Shown here in pieces: positions 10,953-17,827 of a stretch of 64,000 nt of DNA. The notes under the pieces were generated by a model. It saw only the letters and a program-made list of their open reading frames with translations, was not told the DNA's origin and searched no databases. The translations under genes were made by a program, and so were the position numbers. The stretch spans positions 2,449 to 66,448 of the forward strand of contig CBDCYO010000004.1 in assembly GCA_965224255.1 (NCBI GenBank). Reading direction: 5' to 3'. Position 1 is the stretch's first letter. Each line of letters starts with the position of its first letter. This DNA is from Dehalococcoidia bacterium. GTDB taxonomy: Bacteria > Chloroflexota > Dehalococcoidia > UBA6926.

Positions 10953-10972
10953 TCCATTGCTACTCAAAGGCC

Positions 10973-11060
10973 GAAACAGGACCGGGAAACGCACCCGCAG
11001 CCGCTGAAGCAATTCCCGCCCCTCAAGGTAGGCGGTCCTGCTTATTTTCTTTTTGGACAT
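10973..11060 (-). pseudogene. ProQ/FinO-family gene, N-terminal fragment
   Basis: MSKKKISRTAYLEGRELLQRLRVRFPVLF parallels the N-terminus of the full gene at 39895 (RLKARELLRRLRTRFPVLF). Cut by the Tn3-type IR. Confidence 0.6.
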
Positions 11061-11251
11061 GGATGTTTCCTGTCAGGCAATCAGCGGTCGGAGCCGAAAT
11101 CATGCCTCAAGCGTCGTCAGTCTATTCTGCCGTGAAATCCTGGCGGCCGCGATGCCGTGTCTACGACATCCGCCCTGTCGCTTTCAACACCAACCAGAGC
11201 AGGGAAAACATCCGACTGAACAGGTAGTCCTTCTCCCCGCCGTCGCCTACC

Positions 11252-11416
11252 TGTAGCGACTTGAGAACATCCGGCGTCGAGCTTGAGAACATCGCCGTTT
11301 TCGGCTCAGATTATTTGAGAACGAAACGGCCTCTGGGCTCACATTATCTGAGAATGAGCGCACATTATCTGAGACGGGCTCACCTTGTTGAGAATGACGC
11401 CGAAGTCGTGAGAACC
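11252..11416. repeat. Transposon left end with about 7 subterminal TGAGAA-type repeats
   Basis: Repeats start near 11262, 11283, 11313, 11346, 11366, 11387 and 11407. They are inverted relative to the right end. Confidence 0.75.
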
Positions 11417-11427
11417 GACGACGGGCG

Positions 11428-12402
11428 TCACAACGCCAGCCCGACAGCGCGCATCCGGTCGGCAAGCTCCCGCGTGCGGCCGGCGTCGAGTTGGCCGCTG
11501 AGAAAACGGCGGATCTCGCTGGGCTTGGCATGGAACTGATCCGCCAGCACCTTGGGTGAATAGCCCTGGCGAGTCAGCCGCGGTTCAAGGTCGTCGAAGT
11601 CGGGCGCCAGCGTCGTGGCGATGATCTCCGCCGTGACGGGTTTCTGGCCGGTGCGGAAGCCGGCCTCGAAGGCGCGGTCAAGGTGCTCGGCAAACTGCAG
11701 CGGTGTGGCCAGCCTGATGGCCATCAGGTCCAGGGCCGCGGGCTCGATCAGGGCATCAACGTCGGTATCCGCCTCGGTGCACTCGCCGAGCAGCCAGTCC
11801 AGGTAGGCGCGGGCGTCCTCTCCGAGGCCCTCGAAGGACAGGATGTCGGTGCGGTGGCCGATCTCTTCCATGGTCGGACGGCGCAGGTCGTTGCGCAGCT
11901 TCGGATGGCCGATGAGCACCACGGACAGACTACCGCCGCCTCGGGCGATGACCTCCATCAGCCGCTTGAGACCGTTCAGGGTTCTGCTGTGCAGGTCGTG
12001 GGCTTCATCGATGAACAGCGCCACCGGCTTGCCGCCGCGCAGCACGAGCTTTCGCAGCTCGCGTTCGCGCTTTTCGCCCTGGGTGGGAATCTTCAGATCC
12101 TTTTCGGGTGACAAGTCGTAGAACAGGGCGGCGATCAGGGTCGGCACGGTGGTCCGGTTGGTGTCGACCGACAGGCTTTCGGCCACTACCACCTTCTTCT
12201 CGCTGGCGATCTCGTCCTGCAGGCGATGCAGGAAGACGGTCTTGCCGACGCCGATCGGACCGGTGATGGCGATCAGCCGACCAGAGCCGAGTCCGGCGCG
12301 CACCGCCCGCCCGATCTGGCGGTGGTTCTCGGTCTCATAGAATCCGGCGCTGCGCCAGTCCTTTGCCAGCGCGTATCGCGCCATGATTTCGGCGTTCAGC
12401 AT
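11428..12402 (-). CDS. tniB: TniB/ExeA-like AAA+ ATPase (transposition helper)
   Basis: 324 aa. Walker A ITGPIGVGKT, Walker B LFIDEAHD. Overlaps the tniA end. Confidence 0.8.
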   Translation of the reverse strand: MLNAEIMARYALAKDWRSAGFYETENHRQIGRAVRAGLGSGRLIAITGPIGVGKTVFLHRLQDEIASEKKVVVAESLSVDTNRTTVPTLIAALFYDLSPEKDLKIPTQGEKRERELRKLVLRGGKPVALFIDEAHDLHSRTLNGLKRLMEVIARGGGSLSVVLIGHPKLRNDLRRPTMEEIGHRTDILSFEGLGEDARAYLDWLLGECTEADTDVDALIEPAALDLMAIRLATPLQFAEHLDRAFEAGFRTGQKPVTAEIIATTLAPDFDDLEPRLTRQGYSPKVLADQFHAKPSEIRRFLSGQLDAGRTRELADRMRAVGLAL

Positions 12403-14066
12403 TGCGCGCTCTCCTTGTTTGCGGCAGGCCGCTTCGGCAAGAATCGCTCAAGGACGGCTTGCTCGATGACGGCCTTGTCGAGGGTGCGCTCCACGAGCGC
12501 GTTGATGAAGGCGAGGTCGTCATCGGCCAGGCGCGTCAGGGGCCGATGCAGCAGATCGGAGACACCGCGCAGCGCATCGAGACGACCGCCGTAGGTGAAC
12601 TGGCCATAGGGGTCGGGATCGACAAAGGGCTGGCGGCGCAGCGGCAACACGTCGGCGGCACGCGCCAAGCTGTCGTCCACTCCGCTCAGGGCCGCCCGCG
12701 GCACCGACAACTTGCGGGCCAGGTCGCCGATGCGGTCGGCACGCTGCTGGGTTGCCGACGTGCGGGGCTTGCGGTAGCGGTGCAGCGGGATGGGGCCGCC
12801 GCTCGGCCGGTAGGGGCCGAAACGCCGCTCCCGGAACTCGACGAACAGCTCGTGGTCGAACAGTCCCCACCAGACCGTGACGGTCTCGCCCGCCAAGTCG
12901 GCGTCGACGTCGTAGAAAGCGCCATCCATCCGGATGCGGGCGTCACCCGCTACGCGGCGGCGCTCGGGTTCGCGCGCAAAGGCGCAGAAGCGTTCCCAGG
13001 AACACATCTGCCGCAGACCCTCACTAGGCAGGTTACGCGCCCAGTCCTCGATGCGGCTATGCGGCTCTCTGCGGTGCGGCTGCGCGTTGTAGCGGTCGAT
13101 ATAGCGTGAAAGCCAGGCATTCGCCTCAGCTTCGGTCTCGGGCTTGTGGAAGTGATAGAGCGTCTCGTGCGCCTCCTTCACCGTGCGAAAGGGGCGCTCC
13201 ACCTTGCCCTTGGCGCGTGCGGTGGGACGGCGGCCATCGCGACCGGCCGGGACATGCGTCATGACGCGCACGCCGAGACGCTCCATGACGGTGTTGAAGA
13301 CGCCGCTTTTGGCGATCGGGCCGTTGTCGAGATACAGCGCCTCCGGGATGCCTTGCAGGGCGTGGTCCGCATCCTTTTTTGGCGCCATGGCATTGAACAG
13401 GAAGCGCAGGCCGCTCTCGACGTCCTCGCCGTAGACGCAGCGGTACTCCTGGTAGGCGGCGCCGCTGCGGTCATCGACGACAGAGAAGAGCATCGGCACC
13501 GGCAGGCCCTTGCGGTCGGGGTCGATCCAGGTGGGCTGTTCGATCACCTTGAGGTCCGATGGGCTGATGTCGAACTGCCACAGGGCGTTGGCGGTGCGGG
13601 CCTCGAAGCGCACGGCCGCCGGCGCCCGGGTCATGCGGGCGTGGTCGTAGCCCCAAAGCTGCAGGTAGCGGTTCACGGTCGCCCTGTGCAGCAGGCCGCC
13701 GGGCGCCTGCACCAAGCCCTGGGGTGTCTCGACCCCGTGTGTCTCGAGGAGTTCGATGCAACGCGAAGTCGACAGACGCCGGCCCTTGAGATTGGAGGTG
13801 CGCAGTTTCAAGGCGGCGACGAGCTCGCAGTAGCGCTCGAGCTCCCGGCGGGATATCTTGCGCGGCTCGCCGCGGTCGGCGCGCCGCAGGCCCCGCGGCT
13901 GGAGTTGCCCTGCCAGCGCCCGGTAGAGCGTCGCGCGCGACACCCCGAAGAGGCCCGCAGCGCTCTCCACGAGTGCCCGCCTTGTCGCATGGCGTGGCGG
14001 CAACTGATCGCGCCGCCGTCGCAGGTCGAGCAGCGCCTCGGCAGGAATACCGCCGTCCTGGCTCAT
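12396..14066 (-). CDS. tniA: TniA/TnsB-like DDE (rve) transposase
   Basis: 556 aa. N-terminal HTH. WQFDISPSD...DNGPIAKSG...GKVERPFRTVKE is a DDE triad pattern. Confidence 0.8.
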   Translation of the reverse strand: MSQDGGIPAEALLDLRRRRDQLPPRHATRRALVESAAGLFGVSRATLYRALAGQLQPRGLRRADRGEPRKISRRELERYCELVAALKLRTSNLKGRRLSTSRCIELLETHGVETPQGLVQAPGGLLHRATVNRYLQLWGYDHARMTRAPAAVRFEARTANALWQFDISPSDLKVIEQPTWIDPDRKGLPVPMLFSVVDDRSGAAYQEYRCVYGEDVESGLRFLFNAMAPKKDADHALQGIPEALYLDNGPIAKSGVFNTVMERLGVRVMTHVPAGRDGRRPTARAKGKVERPFRTVKEAHETLYHFHKPETEAEANAWLSRYIDRYNAQPHRREPHSRIEDWARNLPSEGLRQMCSWERFCAFAREPERRRVAGDARIRMDGAFYDVDADLAGETVTVWWGLFDHELFVEFRERRFGPYRPSGGPIPLHRYRKPRTSATQQRADRIGDLARKLSVPRAALSGVDDSLARAADVLPLRRQPFVDPDPYGQFTYGGRLDALRGVSDLLHRPLTRLADDDLAFINALVERTLDKAVIEQAVLERFLPKRPAANKESAQC

Positions 14067-14686
14067 GCGTCCTGGGCCGCGTCGAGCAGCTTCTGGCCCG
14101 GTTCCTTTACCGTGCCGTCGCCGTTGACGTACATGTACAGGGTCGTCGTGGTGATGCCGAGGCGCTGCGCCAGGCCGTGCGCATTGGTGTCACGATCCGC
14201 CATGGCGCGCATCGCCATGCGCAACAGGGCCACGTCCATCTTGCGCGGTCGGCCGCCCAGGCGGCCCCTTGCCCGGGCTGCCGCCAGGCCGGCGCGGGTG
14301 CGTTCGGCAATCAGTTCACGCTCGAACTCGGCCAGCGACGCGAAGATGCCAAAGACCAGGCGCCCGTTGGCCGTCGTGGTGTCGATTTCGGCGCCGGCAC
14401 CAGCGAGTACGCGCAGGCCGATGCCGCGGGCATGCAGCTCGTCCACGGTGGTCACCAGATGTTTCAGATCACGGCCCAGGCGGTCGAGTTTCCAGACGAC
14501 GAAGATGTTGCCCGGCTGCAAGGCTTTCAGACAAGCCTCCAGGCCCGGGCGGTGATCCCGGCGCCCCGAGGCGCGGTCCTCGTAGATGCGCTCCTCGACC
14601 ACGCCGGCGCCGATCAGGGCGTCGCGCTGCAGGTCGAGGAGTTGACTGCCGTCCGCCTTTGAGACGCGCGCATAGCCAATCAGCAT
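14063..14686 (-). CDS. tniR: Serine resolvase
   Basis: 207 aa. MLIGYARVSKADGSQLLDLQRDAL. C-terminal HTH. Confidence 0.85.
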   Translation of the reverse strand: MLIGYARVSKADGSQLLDLQRDALIGAGVVEERIYEDRASGRRDHRPGLEACLKALQPGNIFVVWKLDRLGRDLKHLVTTVDELHARGIGLRVLAGAGAEIDTTTANGRLVFGIFASLAEFERELIAERTRAGLAAARARGRLGGRPRKMDVALLRMAMRAMADRDTNAHGLAQRLGITTTTLYMYVNGDGTVKEPGQKLLDAAQDA

Positions 14687-14810
14687 GGTGTCTGCACCCC
14701 TATTCAGAATAGATGGTGCCTATCATGCAATGTTGTCAAGAATGATGCAACGGGTTGTCTTGCTACAATTACCGGCTATTGGGGTATCGATGAGAGGAAC
14801 CAGAATAACG

Positions 14811-15035
14811 TCCGTTTTCCTGCCAGAAGGAGCCTGTGCGGCTCGGAGGGAGACAACAGATCAAGCGGCACCAGGTGGACACCCGGCGTCATTCTCAACA
14901 AGGTGAGCCCGTCTCAACTAATGTGCGCTCATTCTCAGATAATGTGAGCCGAGAGGCCGTTTCGTTCTCAAATAATCTGAGCCCAAATCGGCGATGTTCT
15001 CAAGCACAACGCCGGATGTTCTCAAGTCGCTACAG
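14811..15035. repeat. Transposon right end (six TTCTCA-type subterminal repeats)
   Basis: Inverted relative to 11252-11416. Near-identical to 4508-4730. Confidence 0.8.
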
Positions 15036-15040
15036 CTACC

Positions 15041-15120
15041 TGGCGCTGCCCGATGTCGCTGCAAAAAGACCCGCGTAAACGCCTTAGCGCAACTTTTCGT
15101 TCCAATGATTGTCACGGCCC
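15041..15120. repeat. Orphan end of the 27592-35244 Tn3-family element (last tnpR codons + 38-bp IR)
   Basis: Encodes ..LALPDVAAKRPA* followed by CTTAGCGCAACTTTTCGTTCCAATGATTGTCACGGCCC at 15083-15120. Matches the reverse complement of 27592-27675. Confidence 0.8.
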
Positions 15121-15134
15121 ATGACCAAGAACAA

Positions 15135-15374
15135 ATGAGCAACGCGACCGTGGCGTTTATGCAGGCGGTAGCTTTTGCAGTTGCGGTACATGACACGACA
15201 ATGCGGGGGGAGATGTCGGCGGAGGAGTTCTTGGGGACGGTCGATCAGGCGTTGGAGATCAGGTTGAAGCAACCGGGCGGGGTGGAATTGGCTGTGCTGG
15301 TGCTGCGTCTTCGTGACAACTTCAGGAAGATGGTGAGCAAGACAAAGGTCTTGCTCGAAGACAAGGACGATTAG
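15135..15374 (+). CDS. Hypothetical protein (79 aa)
   Basis: ATG-initiated ORF directly outside the orphan IR. No recognisable motif. Confidence 0.35.
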   Translation: MSNATVAFMQAVAFAVAVHDTTMRGEMSAEEFLGTVDQALEIRLKQPGGVELAVLVLRLRDNFRKMVSKTKVLLEDKDD

Positions 15375-15443
15375 GCCACTTGGCCCAGTAATAACATAGC
15401 TGTCACCGAGTGCCAGATTCGCGCTCTGCGTTGCCGGAGCAGT

Positions 15444-15481
15444 TTCGGAAGTTGACAGAATGCCGCTTATCGGAACTTCGA
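15444..15481. repeat. Palindromic junction repeat, copy A
   Basis: TTCGGAAGTTGACAGAATGCCGCTTATCGGAACTTCGA. Contains the stop codon of the 183-aa ORF. Confidence 0.7.
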
Positions 15482-16018
15482 TGGCAGGGTAAAATCCGCC
15501 GCTACAAATGCCAATGCGCGTTTGGGGTCCACCGGAAATAGAAAAGAGGAGCTTTTGTAGACTTTGCCCGTACCACTGATGCACCTCGCATGCAGTTCGA
15601 CCTTTCTTGACATTGACGTGGTTGTAGACGGTGGACGGTGTAGGGAACAAAGTAGAACGGAGAGGTCCTCTGCGGGTATGTACCAGTACTCCAACGTATC
15701 GGATTCTAAGTCCGTTGGGAGCTTAGGATGCTGGCGTTCTGGTGGTGCTTTTTCCACAACTGGCACCCCGTATTCACCACAGAACATGAGACGGATATCG
15801 CCAACCTTGATTGACTGTTCACCTTCGTTCACCACGGTAATCTTGACAGCGGATTGCGTAAATCCCGCCGCGCGGGAGACGGGACCCTGCTCCACTACCG
15901 TCTCGATACGGACTTCATTCTTGTCTGACCGTCGTTCTGGCCAGATTGCAGATGGCATTAGCGTTCGTAGAAAACCCAGCATGGAAGCCCAGGCGCCAAA
16001 TTGATCCAACATTGACAT
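15467..16018 (-). CDS. Hypothetical protein (183 aa), possible N-terminal TM helix
   Basis: Low-GC ORF. Its start lies in repeat B' and its stop in repeat A. Ends ..SKFR. Confidence 0.5.
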   Translation of the reverse strand: MSMLDQFGAWASMLGFLRTLMPSAIWPERRSDKNEVRIETVVEQGPVSRAAGFTQSAVKITVVNEGEQSIKVGDIRLMFCGEYGVPVVEKAPPERQHPKLPTDLESDTLEYWYIPAEDLSVLLCSLHRPPSTTTSMSRKVELHARCISGTGKVYKSSSFLFPVDPKRALAFVAADFTLPSKFR

Positions 16019-16080
16019 AGCTGCCCTTATCCGAAGTTTGGTGGCCTGAAGGTGACATATGACGCCTTATCGGAAGTTGG
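16006..16080. repeat. Two tandem palindromic junction repeats (B' 16006-16041, B 16046-16080)
   Basis: CCAACATTGACATAGCTGCCCTTATCCGAAGTTTGG and CTGAAGGTGACATATGACGCCTTATCGGAAGTTGG. Confidence 0.7.
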
Positions 16081-16279
16081 ATGATACGGCCGGTTCCCCT
16101 TTTTTAAGGCTTTCGTTACACGCTAGGCAATGATCCTTCCGATGATGCGGCCTTCTGTATGTGTACGTGAACTCACACAGGCCACAGAGCATAAACGTGA
16201 GCTCGCATGAATCGCAGAAGTTGGCTTTAGGGGGCGGGTAATTATTCTTGCACTTGTCGCAAACGGCGTTGGGCATCAC
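16067..16279 (-). CDS. Small Cys-rich zinc-ribbon protein (70 aa)
   Basis: Four CxxC pairs (CDKC, CDSC, CGLC, CLAC). Ends ..SNFR with its stop inside repeat B. Confidence 0.5.
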   Translation of the reverse strand: MMPNAVCDKCKNNYPPPKANFCDSCELTFMLCGLCEFTYTYRRPHHRKDHCLACNESLKKGEPAVSSNFR

Positions 16280-16309
16280 GTCTTGCCTCGCGTTAAAGGT
16301 TCCGAAGGC

Positions 16310-16345
16310 AACATAAAACCGTTTATCAGAACATATCAGATTTAC
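16310..16345. repeat. Palindromic junction repeat, copy C (degenerate)
   Basis: TTCCGAAGGCAACATAAAACCGTTTATCAGAACAT, between the 301-aa and 70-aa ORFs. Confidence 0.55.
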
Positions 16346-17247
16346 TCCGTCTTCAAGCTCTGGCGCCTGCTGAGCAGATAATCACAGAAAATCGCACATG
16401 CGCTGAACATAAACATTGCATCGCCCAGATCAACGTTAGCAGTCCCTTCATTCAGAAAGGGATGTCGGATTCCTTTCTCATCGTTCGTGTATCCATACAG
16501 GTTATTCAACGCATCTTTGAATGCTCTGTGCCTTAGCACGCCAGCCTTTGTCAGTGAATCCAGGGCCGGTTTAAGTTCTTTACTTGCTTTCGGATCGATT
16601 GTCCGTGCCACGGATTCCACAGCGTGGATGCTTTCCCGGACACTCTCTGCATAGTGTTGCGCGTTAAGATGTTCGGCTGCCCTCCTAAGATGTTTTTTTG
16701 CTCCTTCCGAACCTTTCTGCTCGACTGTTTCGATTGCACGTGTTGTCGCAGCGCCAGATTCCGGGCTACTGCAAGGAACGATAGTCGGCAACCCTTCCAT
16801 GTCTTTAACAGCATATGCGACAGGCACACGTTCAAACAGTCCTTTCAACTCCTCCCATAACTCGGACAGAATGCGATCATAACTAGGGTTAGGGTAACGT
16901 AGAAATATCTCAATGAAGGTTAGAACGGAGTCATAACTACCTTTGGTTATTACTTGTTTAAGTAAATGCCTATGTTCGTGCATTTCATTCATAATCTCGT
17001 CGTGTGGCGTATCGACAACCTTTCTGATGTAGAAGAAAATAAAAACACTAATAGGTGACCCCCTATACACACCAAGTAATTCACGATTTCCATCTGTACC
17101 AAACTTTAATATCGTTTGATCAATACAGAACCAAACTTCATTTCTGAAAGTGCTGCTAAGGTGTTCCAGACGCATAGGTTCCGGCAATGGTGATCTTCCC
17201 TCACGTTGCGAGAACGTTTGACTATAGTATTCATAACTTTTACTCAT
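16342..17247 (-). CDS. AbiJ-NTD4 / HEPN-like protein (putative abortive-infection family)
   Basis: 301 aa. N-terminal FSQREG..LRNEVW-type start. C-terminal HL..A...L....Y..SVRESIHAVESVAR...LYGYTNDEKGIRH pattern recalled from AbiJ-NTD4 proteins. Confidence 0.55.
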   Translation of the reverse strand: MSKSYEYYSQTFSQREGRSPLPEPMRLEHLSSTFRNEVWFCIDQTILKFGTDGNRELLGVYRGSPISVFIFFYIRKVVDTPHDEIMNEMHEHRHLLKQVITKGSYDSVLTFIEIFLRYPNPSYDRILSELWEELKGLFERVPVAYAVKDMEGLPTIVPCSSPESGAATTRAIETVEQKGSEGAKKHLRRAAEHLNAQHYAESVRESIHAVESVARTIDPKASKELKPALDSLTKAGVLRHRAFKDALNNLYGYTNDEKGIRHPFLNEGTANVDLGDAMFMFSACAIFCDYLLSRRQSLKTE

Positions 17248-17296
17248 AAGTCCTCCAGACTTTTACGGCATCAATTTCTACAACTCCACAACGTCC

Positions 17297-17331
17297 CCGA
17301 AGTTGACATAAGACGGCTTATGTCAACTTTG
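17297..17331. repeat. Palindromic junction repeat, copy D (near-perfect)
   Basis: CCGAAGTTGACATAAGACGGCTTATGTCAACTTTG. Confidence 0.7.
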
Positions 17332-17539
17332 ACTTGGCGTGGTTGCTGGCTGAAATGGCTTTCGGACAGGCTTCCCCACCGGCGCCTGAAAGGTTCGGGA
17401 CCTGCATCCGGGTGAAGCGCCGGTGGGGTCGGTTGCAGAAAAGGGCGAAATGACACGTCAAGCGCCTGATGCAGTAGCCGAGTGAGCAAGTGGCTGTCCG
17501 CTCCAGAAGACTTGTGCTTCACTACACGACGCCTCTGGT

Positions 17540-17827
17540 CTAACGCCTCTCTACAGCCCCCACTTTCTCACGGAGTTCCTTTCCGGCCTTGAAGAATGGC
17601 ACCTTCTTGCAGGAAACCTGGACTGCGACGCCGGTCTTGGGATTGCGCCCTTGTCGGGCATTGCGGCTCCGGGTTCGGAAACTGCCGAAACCTCGCAGCT
17701 CCACTTTGTCCCCCTCCTGCAAAGCCTCGGTAATGCACGCCAGCAAAATGCCGACGATGGCTTCGGTCTGCCTCTTGGTAAGGTGGACTCTGGCGGCAAC
17801 TCTTTCAGCGAGTTCTGCTTTTGTCAT
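17540..17827 (-). CDS. HU/IHF-family DNA-binding protein
   Basis: 95 aa. GFGSFRTRSRNARQGRNPKTGVAVQV arm motif. ATGA overlap with the recD2 stop. Confidence 0.85.
   Translation of the reverse strand: MTKAELAERVAARVHLTKRQTEAIVGILLACITEALQEGDKVELRGFGSFRTRSRNARQGRNPKTGVAVQVSCKKVPFFKAGKELREKVGAVERR

Larger units (their letters stand above)
5344..10972. mobile_element. Tn3-family transposon (tnpR + frameshifted tnpA) with both terminal IRs split by a group II intron
   Basis: Divergent resolvase and DUF4158/DDE_Tn3-type transposase. Ends rebuild a ~38-bp IR: inner CTTAACACAGTTTTCTGT plus outer TCCATTGCTACTCAAAGGCC, similar to the IR at 35207-35244. 922-bp perfect inverted repeats at 5344-6265 and 10051-10972. 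Confidence 0.75.
11252..15035 (-). mobile_element. Compact Tn552/Tn5053-like transposon (tniR-tniA-tniB, no tniQ)
   Basis: Terminal inverted TGTAGCGACTTGAGAAC. Multi-repeat ends. Flanked by direct CTACC at 11247-11251 and 15036-15040. Confidence 0.8.

Noticed and set aside
13146-14555. 469-aa plus-strand ORF
   Set aside because: Antisense to tniA/tniR. Its Ala/Arg/Gly-rich composition is typical of shadow ORFs in GC-rich DNA, and the minus-strand genes have clear family motifs.
11252-15035. CRISPR-associated transposon (TniA/TniB element plus CRISPR array)
   Set aside because: No tniQ or cas genes are in or beside the element. The array is 40 kb away and belongs to a decayed I-E locus.
15444-17331. 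Palindromic junction repeats as integron attC sites
   Set aside because: They are too short (35-40 bp). The GTT...AAC arm order is the reverse of R''(RYYYAAC)...R'(GTTRRRY) relative to the ORFs, and no intI is in the window.
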